Source: an uncultured archaeon
GTDB lineage: Archaea; Asgardarchaeota; Heimdallarchaeia; Heimdallarchaeales; Kariarchaeaceae
Direction of reading: 5' to 3'
Assembly: GCA_964645535.1 (NCBI GenBank)
Contig: CAZYCQ010000001.1
Coordinates: 60,245 to 124,244, forward strand
Length of the DNA stretch: 64,000 bases
Shown here: piece after piece, positions 48,612 to 57,717 of the stretch
Layout: each line of letters starts with the position of its first letter
Position numbering within the stretch: the first letter of the stretch is position 1
Notes under the pieces: model-generated
Database searches by the model: none
What the model saw: only the letters and a program-made list of their open reading frames with translations
Told to the model about the DNA's origin: nothing
Made by a program: the position numbers and the translations under genes

Positions 48612-50345
48612 TCAATAACTGTTGGTTCGGAATTCAGGAATCTTAAGTTGAGGGATTTTTGTCAGATCAATTTCAAAAGCGGAAATCGGAACAATTATTC
48701 CATTATGTTCCAAGATTTCAATTTTCAGCTCTCCAATGATTCCAACTGGATTTCCGTTCACCAAAACTGAAGCAGACCTTCCAGGAATAAGGTAATTGCT
48801 TTCAGTTTCCACCAAGTCATATTCTATTCCTGTTAACCTGAAGACTGCATCAAGTACCCTATGGGCAGTTTCAAAAGTTTCATCGGACCCCGCCAAGACA
48901 ACGGCAGCCTTTGTAAGGGTGACAACATCTTCACCATCTCTGATAGCCACTTCACCTGTTTCAAACACGTGGTGAGGAAATGGAACTTCAGAATTCCTCT
49001 TTACAAAACGGATCAGGCCAGGAAGAAGATCGGGACGAAGGTATTCAAAGGTTGAGGTAACAGGATTTGTTAGACGGATGACATGCTTTCGCAGAAAATC
49101 ATCATCCCTCAACACAGCATCGGTAATGGTTGCTCGATCAGTTAAATTGTAGTTCATCACTTCCTGCAATCCACAGCCTACCAAAATTTCTCGGACAAGG
49201 TTTTCCTTTTGGGTGGAAACATGGAGCCCGCCTACTGTAAAGAGGTTGGCTGTTGATGGACCTATTTTATTGTAATCTGCTGCAATTGCAACCTCTTCAG
49301 AAATATCCACCCAATGCATGATGTCATGTCGCCAAGGGCCATACAAAACAACCAACTTGTCTTTGTTGGAACCGTTCCTGACATCATGACGTCTTTTCTT
49401 AATCAATTTCTTGATTTGTGTTTTGGTAAAACTAGTTCCCAAGTACTTGTTGATTTCCTTCACATCAACCTCGATTTCACCAGGGTCTTGAGGGGGATAA
49501 ATCATTTCGGTAAAATCGTAACCTTCAGGATAGTGAACCTTGACTTGACCCACTTCAGCACCTCGATCTGCAAGGTTTTGAGCCAGAAGGGAAATGACAA
49601 CCTTGACAGCTTCATGGTTGGTACCAGTGACCTCGACGAGGATATCAGTGGTTTCTTCAGTCACTCTTCCCACATCATTCGAGTTGATGATTGGAGGAAG
49701 AGAGAGAACTCCACCTTCTGCATCTACTAAAATTGGGACTTCATCAAAACCTGAAATGATGTGCCCATATTCAATTCCTTTAGGATGTTTTTCCAGGATT
49801 TCCTCTATTGTCATCTCGGTTTCAAAACCCAGAGGAACAAATTTGAATGATTTAGGAACGGTTTTGTATTGGATGGGAGAGGTGATCATGTTGAGGTTAT
49901 AGATGCCGATGGAAGTTCTTTTCCTTCTTCTTCCAAAGGAGAAGTCCACCTTATCTTGAACCTGTATCAGTTGCTTGATCAGGAAATCATTCAGCTTAAG
50001 TCCTTTAGCAACAACTGCCGCAACATATGGACGAATTGACTGAACACCTTTACTGACTTCAATGGAATACCCGGAGTCAGGGAATTTTAACTTTGGGAGT
50101 CCAGGTTTATCTAGCAGTCCACGAATTTCACGTGCCAATCCTTCAGCACTCCAAAGATCTGGACGGCTTGCAGTTTTGATGTCTATGGATATCTTGGTAT
50201 GTCCGTTCTCATCTGGACCTTCAGGGTCTGAATCCACCTCTGCCTTTGCAAATGATACAAGGTCATCAAGTTCGGATGGAGACAGTGCCTGCTTCAGACC
50301 GAGAAGTCTTGAAAAATCTTCAATTGAGATATCGATTGTAACCAT
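48612..50345 (-). CDS. pheT: Phenylalanine-tRNA ligase beta subunit (archaeal type).
   Basis: About 577 aa with B3/B4 and B5 domains and a catalytic-like core. Its start lies 2 nt from the stop of pheS on the same strand. Confidence 0.85.
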   Translation of the reverse strand: MVTIDISIEDFSRLLGLKQALSPSELDDLVSFAKAEVDSDPEGPDENGHTKISIDIKTASRPDLWSAEGLAREIRGLLDKPGLPKLKFPDSGYSIEVSKGVQSIRPYVAAVVAKGLKLNDFLIKQLIQVQDKVDFSFGRRRKRTSIGIYNLNMITSPIQYKTVPKSFKFVPLGFETEMTIEEILEKHPKGIEYGHIISGFDEVPILVDAEGGVLSLPPIINSNDVGRVTEETTDILVEVTGTNHEAVKVVISLLAQNLADRGAEVGQVKVHYPEGYDFTEMIYPPQDPGEIEVDVKEINKYLGTSFTKTQIKKLIKKRRHDVRNGSNKDKLVVLYGPWRHDIMHWVDISEEVAIAADYNKIGPSTANLFTVGGLHVSTQKENLVREILVGCGLQEVMNYNLTDRATITDAVLRDDDFLRKHVIRLTNPVTSTFEYLRPDLLPGLIRFVKRNSEVPFPHHVFETGEVAIRDGEDVVTLTKAAVVLAGSDETFETAHRVLDAVFRLTGIEYDLVETESNYLIPGRSASVLVNGNPVGIIGELKIEILEHNGIIVPISAFEIDLTKIPQLKIPEFRTNSY

Positions 50346-50346
50346 T

Positions 50347-51846
50347 TCATTCCACCTCTATTCCAGAGCTGACTTCTACATTCCGAAGCCAATTCAAGTC
50401 TTGCGAAAGTAATTCCCTGATGTCATTGATTTGGTTTTTGACCATGAACAACCTGTCAATTCCTAAACCCCACGCAATAACAGGATAATCGACCCCATAA
50501 GGTCTAACTACTTCCGGACGGAAAATTCCAGCTCCACCGAACTCGATTCTTCCCAATACAGGATGTTTTGCGCTCAATTCAACCGAAGGGGAGGTGAAGG
50601 GATAATAATCCGGACGGAAATTCACTTCTGTGGCACCCGCGATGTCCTCTGCAAAAACCTTCAGAATGCCGAGCAGATCCCGGAAGGTGATTGTAGGATC
50701 GCAAACAATACCCTCCACCTGATAGAATTCCACGCCATGTGTTGCGTCTATGTCATCTGGACGGAAACATTTGGCAATTGAAAAGTATTTTTCCGGAGGA
50801 TTGACTTTTCTTAAGGTTCGTGCAGAAATTGCGGTTCCTTGAGGTCGCAAAAGTAAACGTGCAGCCTTTTTTGGATCCCATCTGTATTTGTAACCTCTCG
50901 AACCGGTAATCCAACCATCTTCATGTGTTTGTTTTACATTGTCCACAAATGCCTCATTAGGAAGGTTACCATGTGTAGGGGAATCGATTAGGAAGATATC
51001 CGAATCTTCACGGGCCGGATGGTCTTGAGGGGCAAAAAGAGAATCAAAATTCCAGAATTCCTGTTCAATGAGTGGCCCTTTCATCTCCTTGAAACCCAAG
51101 GCAATCAGTTTTTCCCTTAGGTGATCGTGGAAATGACGGTATGGATGGTATTTTCCTGGAAAAAGGGTTCGGGGTTTGCTTTTGATATTATAGGGTTTGA
51201 ATTTTACCTTTTTCCATTTTCCGCTAATAATCATTTGAGGTGTGATCTGACTTACTTCCTCCTCCACTATTATCTCATATCTGTCAACAGGGACTGCGTT
51301 GACCTCCACAATATTGCGGATCTGTCTTTCCACAAGACCTCGTGAATGAAGGGTTTGAGCAATGGCTGGATCAACCTCTTTACCCTCTGCCACAAGTGAA
51401 AGTCCTGTCTGTAAATCATTTGAGACATCATCCACGAATGTTCCATCAGTTAGGGAAACCGTACCTTTTTCGATTTTAATCAGACCTGACTTTTTCAAAA
51501 CGCCAATCCCTGCAGATAGATCGGGTTTGGAAAGTCCCAATGTTTTCCCAGCATCGGACATATGGAATGAACCAACCTTGGCTAAATGATTTGCAATTCT
51601 TCTTTCCACGAGACCCTGTTCCAAAGCCTCTCTCCCCCTGTCTGTCAGGGACAATGTTTCTTTTTCAATGACTTGCTTTTCTACGAGACCTTCTTTTGCG
51701 AGAAGCTCGACAAGAGAACTGACTTTACCCAATTCAAACCCAGTCTTCTCCGATAGCTGGTTCAGATTTGAGGTTCTTAGATTGAGAACCTCATCAAGTA
51801 CTCGGGCTGCGTCAGGGGTTAATTTTACGCGCTGTTTTGACATCAT
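50347..51846 (-). CDS. pheS: Phenylalanine-tRNA ligase alpha subunit (archaeal/eukaryotic type).
   Basis: Class II aaRS motifs: FRPDYYPFTSPSVE and GLGIDRLFMV. Confidence 0.85.
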   Translation of the reverse strand: MMSKQRVKLTPDAARVLDEVLNLRTSNLNQLSEKTGFELGKVSSLVELLAKEGLVEKQVIEKETLSLTDRGREALEQGLVERRIANHLAKVGSFHMSDAGKTLGLSKPDLSAGIGVLKKSGLIKIEKGTVSLTDGTFVDDVSNDLQTGLSLVAEGKEVDPAIAQTLHSRGLVERQIRNIVEVNAVPVDRYEIIVEEEVSQITPQMIISGKWKKVKFKPYNIKSKPRTLFPGKYHPYRHFHDHLREKLIALGFKEMKGPLIEQEFWNFDSLFAPQDHPAREDSDIFLIDSPTHGNLPNEAFVDNVKQTHEDGWITGSRGYKYRWDPKKAARLLLRPQGTAISARTLRKVNPPEKYFSIAKCFRPDDIDATHGVEFYQVEGIVCDPTITFRDLLGILKVFAEDIAGATEVNFRPDYYPFTSPSVELSAKHPVLGRIEFGGAGIFRPEVVRPYGVDYPVIAWGLGIDRLFMVKNQINDIRELLSQDLNWLRNVEVSSGIEVE

Positions 51847-51968
51847 GTTTCACTCCAGTATTTGTACTCTGACTCAATTTCGGTTGCTTGCGAATCTTTC
51901 TTTGATCGGATTTTATCTCAAAATAAATTCCAAGGCACCTAACCTCTTAATTGAATTTTTCTGAGTTG

Positions 51969-52568
51969 TTACTTAAACTTTTGTGCTTTTTCTCTCTTTG
52001 TTTGCTGATTATGTTTTTCGATGAAATATTCGATCATGTGGTTAAAGGCTTTTTCAATATTTTCTCCTGTTTTAGCGGAGGTGTAATAAAATTTTATTGG
52101 ATTCCCTGTCCGCAGGGAAAGTGCTTCAACTTTTTTCTCGATTTCTTCCTCTGAGACTGCCGCTTGTTTCTCACCATTTTGGATAAGATCCACCTTGTTC
52201 CCCAAAACGATGATGGGAACTTTCATTTCATGGCTATAACTGATTTCATTGAGGAATTCTTCAAGAAAACCATCAAGATCATCAAAGGATTTGCGGTCAG
52301 TAATATCAAAAACAATGAAAGCTCCATCTGATGCGCTGTAATATAATTTTCGTACATGATGAAAGGTTTCTTGACCGGCTATGTCCCATATCTGGAGAAT
52401 AAATTCACCCAAAGGATGGTCGATACGTTTAACCGCAAAGTCAGCGCCAATAGTTAGGGAGTAATTATGTTGAAATTGTTCACCGAAGTAATTTCTTCTG
52501 ATACTGGTCTTGCCAACCCGTTTCCTTCCTATGAGAATTACCTTGAATTGTTTTGGAATGTTCAACAC
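51969..52568 (-). CDS. Rab-like small GTPase (Ras superfamily).
   Basis: G1 GRKRVGKTS; switch I TIGADF (RabF1 IGVDF); G3 ILQIWDIAGQE (RabF2 KLQIWDTAGQE); YYSASDGAFIVFDITDRKSF (Rab YYRGA.G...V.D.T...SF); G4 GNKVDL; G5 YTSAKTGENI. No C-terminal Cys prenylation motif. Confidence 0.8.
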   Translation of the reverse strand: MLNIPKQFKVILIGRKRVGKTSIRRNYFGEQFQHNYSLTIGADFAVKRIDHPLGEFILQIWDIAGQETFHHVRKLYYSASDGAFIVFDITDRKSFDDLDGFLEEFLNEISYSHEMKVPIIVLGNKVDLIQNGEKQAAVSEEEIEKKVEALSLRTGNPIKFYYTSAKTGENIEKAFNHMIEYFIEKHNQQTKREKAQKFK

Positions 52569-52992
52569 GGATTACTTGCTTTTTAAGTAAATAAGTATTC
52601 TCGTTTTTCAAGATGTTTGACGAGGGATTTAGACTTGAAACAAAAGCATCAGTTTTTTATTCATGTTGGAGGAACAGATTATTTTATTCTGCACAACAAA
52701 ACTGTTTCAATTGGTTGACTCGACATTTCAGGGATGCAAGGGCTTACTAGATTTGATGAATCTTAATTATAGCCTATTCTTGTTTTTCGCTTTGCCAATC
52801 ATTTATCAAAAAGTCCATTCATGGCCAATTTCGCAAACCAAGCTTAATATTCTAGTGATTGATTCAATATTTGCCGGTGAGGAGCGGGAGAATCTTCGGA
52901 TTCGATGAGCAATTAATCGGGGAAACTTGAGGGTTTGCTCCTCCCGGTTTAATTTAGCAAAAGGTTAAATTAATTATTTCCAATGCGATTTC

Positions 52993-53790
52993 ATGCAAAC
53001 AGTACTTATAACTGGCGCTTCAACAGGAATTGGTCATTCTACAGCCCTTTTCCTTGCTGAACGGGGGTTCTATGTTTTCGCGGGGGCTAGAAAACAGGAG
53101 GATATCGATGCCCTCAATGCAATCGACAATATTGAAGGAATAAGATTGGATGTCACCTCCTCAACGGACATTGAGAAGGTTGTCGAAAGAATTAGTCAAG
53201 ACGGATTATATGGCTTGGTAAACAATGCAGGAATTGCCATTGCTGGTCCATTAATGGAAATTGAAAAGGAACAATTGGAATTGCAATTCAATGTCAATGT
53301 TTTTGGCCTTCATGAACTTACAAAAGCTTGTTTTCCACTTTTAAGAGATTCTGAAGGACGCATTGTCAATATTAGTTCTGTGGCGGGACAGATTGCGCCG
53401 CCTTTCATGGGACCTTACTCAATGTCTAAATTTGCTTTGGAAGCATACTCTGATAGTTTAAGAAGGGAACTTGACCCATTTGGGATTAAGGTGTCAATCA
53501 TAGAACCAGGAGATGTGAAAACCCCAATTTGGGACAAGAGATATATAGATCAGAAGAAAATTGATGCATCACCCTTTGCATCCAGAGCCAGAAAAATGGA
53601 GCGATATCTTGTTTCTCGTGCAAAAAAGAGCGGGATGGATCCAATAAAAATCAGTAAAGCAATTCATCATGCATTGACAAGTAAGAAACCAAAAATCAGA
53701 TATTTGATCGCCAGAAGTAACCTGATGCATCGGTTGACAACCCTACTGCCAGCCAGCATGGTGGATCGATCAATAAGAAAAAATCTTTGA
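52993..53790 (+). CDS. SDR-family short-chain dehydrogenase/reductase.
   Basis: TGASTGIG cofactor motif, NNAG, and catalytic YSMSK. Confidence 0.9.
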   Translation: MQTVLITGASTGIGHSTALFLAERGFYVFAGARKQEDIDALNAIDNIEGIRLDVTSSTDIEKVVERISQDGLYGLVNNAGIAIAGPLMEIEKEQLELQFNVNVFGLHELTKACFPLLRDSEGRIVNISSVAGQIAPPFMGPYSMSKFALEAYSDSLRRELDPFGIKVSIIEPGDVKTPIWDKRYIDQKKIDASPFASRARKMERYLVSRAKKSGMDPIKISKAIHHALTSKKPKIRYLIARSNLMHRLTTLLPASMVDRSIRKNL

Positions 53791-53838
53791 TATTTCCCAA
53801 GATGGAAGAGCCCACAAATTAAATATCAATACAAAGTT

Positions 53839-54510
53839 ATGGGGTTTTATTTTTTTTATAAGAAAATATTTATTTTAAAATTTCCAAATCTATTTATGAC
53901 TGGAGAAGTAATTGCAGGATTTCAAAAAGAAATTTTCTTTGGGGTACTGGCAGGGATAATTGCTTGTATATTGTTTTTGTTCCTTCATCAGTTTACGATT
54001 GTTGACATTTGGTTCTCTTCTCCATTCATGCTGATTATTTCTGCATTGGTGGGATTTGGGCTTACTAAGGCCTATTTTGCCTTGTTTGAAACATACAGGT
54101 TTATTACATGGTTTGGATTCATTACCTATTTTGTCCTAAGTTTAGGATTCATTTCATTATTATCGATGATAATTTTTACTCCCGCCATATCAAGCGAGGA
54201 TCTCTTAAGTACAAATGCAGGACCACCCAATTCATTAATTTTTAAAGGCCTTCCGCTTATAATTGGTTGGTTTTTGATTTCTACTTTGATATTAGTCTAT
54301 TCAGTAACTCGAAGCTTTCAGCAATATCTATTCGTAGTTGCAGCCACATTTCTTCTTTTCTTGACACTTGGACTCAATTTTGCCCTGTTAGGGTTTGTAG
54401 ATGTCGCACCAAGGCATCAATTCCTAGTACAGAAATTTTTTGCGCTTAATGCATTTCTGGGATATACATTTCTTTTCGCTTTTGATTTGCTGGAACGTTT
54501 TGTGAAATGA
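53839..54510 (+). CDS. Membrane protein with six TM helices.
   Basis: Hydrophobic throughout. Confidence 0.4.
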   Translation: MGFYFFYKKIFILKFPNLFMTGEVIAGFQKEIFFGVLAGIIACILFLFLHQFTIVDIWFSSPFMLIISALVGFGLTKAYFALFETYRFITWFGFITYFVLSLGFISLLSMIIFTPAISSEDLLSTNAGPPNSLIFKGLPLIIGWFLISTLILVYSVTRSFQQYLFVVAATFLLFLTLGLNFALLGFVDVAPRHQFLVQKFFALNAFLGYTFLFAFDLLERFVK

Positions 54511-54533
54511 AGCCCCCAAACATTTTTTTTAAT

Positions 54534-55790
54534 TTAATGGGTTTTGGGTTTGATTCTCTGAGCATTGTGATTTTCGATGGAAATGAAGAATTTGGGCTCT
54601 CGTCCAATAGACACGAAAACCAACCCTAGCATTCCCACAATTGAAAAGGAAAAAATTCGAAATGAGACCTCCAATGTGAAACTGTTGTAAAGAAATCCGA
54701 CATACATCGTTGACAAGGCTCGTCCCAATGAAACATAAACGCCTAGGACGCCGAGAGCAGACCCTCGTTGCGAGGTAGGCGCACGTGCAGCTGAACCCTT
54801 GTTGACAGAAGTATAACTGGCAATCATTGCTCCTAAAAAAATACATTGGATCATTAAAAGACCAAAAAAATCCGTAGTCAATGTAGTTAGAGTAATAGAG
54901 GCAGAAATCAAAATTAATCCCACGGTGACTACAGTTCTCAATGAAAATCGGTCAGATAGACTTCCCAGAAATGGTTTAAAGAAAATAAGAATAAGTGTAG
55001 CGTAGAGTGAAATTAGACCGACATCACCTCTGGAATACCCATACGAAACAAAAAGAGATGGAAAAAAGGAAATAAAGCCAAATGCTGCAAAAGAAATCAG
55101 AATTTGGAAAGAATACACTGGCAAAAGTTTTGGATAGGTGGTGAGCTGAGCAACTGTGCGAACAACCTTGGAAATTGAGTGGATAAAGAAAGAGAAGGGG
55201 TTCTCCACAGAAATTCGATCTTCAGGTGTCAAGGACTCGGGGAGCAGAATCATACCAAGAAAGGTAAATCCAAGTCCAATGAAACCGATCACCAAATAAA
55301 ATTGGCTCAAATCCAAGGAAATGGTATCAAGAAAATAATCAGCAAGCAAAGAGCCTAAGATCACCCCTACATCACCCATCTGGAAAATTCTACCATTCGA
55401 ACGACCATAACTTCCAAGTGAAACGTCACCTATGAAGGAGAAGGTAGCGGGCCAAAAACAACTCATCCCAGTACCAAACAAAAGAACACTTACAAGGGCA
55501 TGTCGCCAATCAGTTGAGAATCCGAGAACAAATATCGAAACCGTGTATAAAGCAATACCAGTCACTATTATTGGTTTTCTCCCTATTGCTTGCGAGAGCT
55601 TCCCAAAAGGTACCCGAAAGGGAATTTGCATGAAATTGACCAAGGAGACCAAAATTGAAAGTATCAAAGCAGAAGTCATTAGATCTTCGTCTAAATAGAT
55701 TACAAGATAAGTTCTGTATGCAAAAGCAAGAAAATTGCCGAATAGGGTTACTAGACCAAGTCTGAATATTGGGTCTCCAGAATGCACCAC
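54534..55790 (-). CDS. MFS transporter.
   Basis: Twelve TM helices. MFS loop motif GKLSQAIGRKP. Confidence 0.8.
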   Translation of the reverse strand: MVHSGDPIFRLGLVTLFGNFLAFAYRTYLVIYLDEDLMTSALILSILVSLVNFMQIPFRVPFGKLSQAIGRKPIIVTGIALYTVSIFVLGFSTDWRHALVSVLLFGTGMSCFWPATFSFIGDVSLGSYGRSNGRIFQMGDVGVILGSLLADYFLDTISLDLSQFYLVIGFIGLGFTFLGMILLPESLTPEDRISVENPFSFFIHSISKVVRTVAQLTTYPKLLPVYSFQILISFAAFGFISFFPSLFVSYGYSRGDVGLISLYATLILIFFKPFLGSLSDRFSLRTVVTVGLILISASITLTTLTTDFFGLLMIQCIFLGAMIASYTSVNKGSAARAPTSQRGSALGVLGVYVSLGRALSTMYVGFLYNSFTLEVSFRIFSFSIVGMLGLVFVSIGREPKFFISIENHNAQRIKPKTH

Positions 55791-55843
55791 GGGTTAATGG
55801 AAAAACAATATCTTTTAACCATGAGGATTTCACCCACATTGAT

Positions 55844-56575
55844 TTACTCAAGCACCCAAACCAATGCCCCACCCAACCTATCCCGAGGAGGAGATTCATC
55901 ATATCCTCCATAAATTTCTACCAGATTCCAGCCCGTTTGGGAAGCAAGCTCTTTCAACAATGGCAAAGAAATAGAGTAAAGAGAATGAACAGACTGCGAA
56001 ACATATTTGCCATCCTTGAATACATTGAAATGAAGTTGGTGCGTGCTTTCGCCAATTGAAATAGGGATAATGAGCCTTTGGACAAGATATGCTTCTCCAT
56101 CAATAGTGCAAGATCTCAAAGGAAGGTAAACAATTTCTGTTCCTAATTGAACTGTTTGTCCGATCAGCCTTCCGGATGGAATCAACTCCCTTAATTTTTC
56201 AAGACACTTTTTGACCCCAGATCGGCTTTCCATGTTTGCCAAAGTATTTGCCAGAATTATTCCTCCTTCAAAAGTACCTAAATCTTCTGAAGATTGATCC
56301 AATATGTTGCCATGAATTAGTGTAACCTGCTTTTCCGTGCCTTGAACATTCTCATTGGCTTTCAATATCATTTGCTGATTAATATCGACGCCGACAACAT
56401 CAAACTCACATGCAAGAGCAGCAGTATGCCTTCCTGTGGAACATGCTACCTCTAAAACACGATTTGCGGGTTTGAGCCTAGAAATTAGAAAGGGCAATTC
56501 TCGTTCCAACCTTCTCTCCCAATCAATCATTGAATCGTAAACTTGAGCCATTGCATCAAATTCTTTGTCTTCCAT
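55844..56575 (-). CDS. Class I SAM-dependent methyltransferase.
   Basis: Motif I VLEVACSTGRHTAAL, then DVVGVDIN. Confidence 0.8.
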   Translation of the reverse strand: MEDKEFDAMAQVYDSMIDWERRLERELPFLISRLKPANRVLEVACSTGRHTAALACEFDVVGVDINQQMILKANENVQGTEKQVTLIHGNILDQSSEDLGTFEGGIILANTLANMESRSGVKKCLEKLRELIPSGRLIGQTVQLGTEIVYLPLRSCTIDGEAYLVQRLIIPISIGESTHQLHFNVFKDGKYVSQSVHSLYSISLPLLKELASQTGWNLVEIYGGYDESPPRDRLGGALVWVLE

Positions 56576-56612
56576 GAGATTCGTTCTATTTTAGGTATAA
56601 ATGTATGAGCAT

Positions 56613-57506
56613 TCAATTAACAATATTTTTCCTTTGAAATAGAGATGTGTCTTCCATGAAAAGCATGGACAGTGTCAAAATCAACTCAGGCATTTGACTA
56701 AGGAGCCGATGCTTCATTTCTTCAAAGGTGATGAGTACTGAATTCGGAAGATAAGAATGCAACTTTGCCGTATCGTCATAAGGAATGACTTTGTCATCTT
56801 GACCTGCAAGAATCAATATGGGAGAATGGATTTGCTGCAATTTTTCCACATCAACAGAATACGAAGCAAGAGTTTCTTCTACAATCTTCTTCTGAATTTC
56901 CAAAGGTGCATTGATTAGACGATCGAAAAATTTTCGGTAATCATTCATCTCTTTTTCTGATGCAAAAAACTTGATTGATTGCTCAAACACCTTTGCTGTA
57001 AGTTTGATAAGCTTCTTAGGTGAAACACGGGCTAAACTTTTCAACCAAAGCGGAATTGAAAATTTGGTGGTGGGGGAGATGAGAACCATTTTTTCCACAA
57101 ATTGGGGATATTTCTGTGCATAAGTCAATGCAACAGCAGCCGATAAGGAACTCGCAATGAAGCTTGCTCGATAATTTTTACCCAAAAATTGGGAGAGAAC
57201 ACAATGAATATCCGCAGCCAATTCATGGATTGACCAAGAACGATCAAGTGGCGAATCTGAATCACCATGACCTCGCAAGTCGAATGCAAACAGATTATAT
57301 CGATCTTGATATTTCTGTAATGCGAAATTGAAGTCTTCACTAGATCCAAACCAGCCATGCAGAAAAACAATATTGGGGCGGTCTGGATAAACCTCCGTCC
57401 GCTTCAGGGAGAGAAGAAAGAAACTGTTGGAATCCACAGGTTCAGCAATTGAACATTCAAATCCTGAACCATGGTAAACTGGAACAAAGCTTTCGATAAC
57501 TGACAT
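56613..57506 (-). CDS. Alpha/beta-hydrolase fold protein.
   Basis: IVFLHGWFGSSEDF and GHGDSD. Nucleophile elbow ASSLS. Confidence 0.75.
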   Translation of the reverse strand: MSVIESFVPVYHGSGFECSIAEPVDSNSFFLLSLKRTEVYPDRPNIVFLHGWFGSSEDFNFALQKYQDRYNLFAFDLRGHGDSDSPLDRSWSIHELAADIHCVLSQFLGKNYRASFIASSLSAAVALTYAQKYPQFVEKMVLISPTTKFSIPLWLKSLARVSPKKLIKLTAKVFEQSIKFFASEKEMNDYRKFFDRLINAPLEIQKKIVEETLASYSVDVEKLQQIHSPILILAGQDDKVIPYDDTAKLHSYLPNSVLITFEEMKHRLLSQMPELILTLSMLFMEDTSLFQRKNIVN

Positions 57507-57717
57507 ATAGATGACCTCGATGCATTTGTGCGTCGATATAGATGCAATATTCCCCTTGGATGATGGGTACCAAGGGGTTTTGCTTACCTTATACTAGTGT
57601 CGATACGCGAATATAAATGCTGTGTAATAAAATCAAAGAAGTAATGGACAGAATTTTTTGCAAATGGAGATGATGGAGAGTTTTTTAACATTCAATGAGA
57701 CAAATGCATTGTAATAC

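Noticed and set aside
52663-52908. 81-aa ORF in the 424-bp gap upstream of the Rab-like gene, checked as a possible Roadblock/longin partner.
   Set aside because: It is hydrophobic and low-complexity with no roadblock/LC7 or longin pattern. It is more likely the promoter or UTR region of the GTPase gene.
55510-55911. 133-aa minus-strand ORF bridging the MFS transporter and SAM-methyltransferase genes.
   Set aside because: It is out of frame with both flanking genes and spans their 53-nt intergenic spacer. No motif support.
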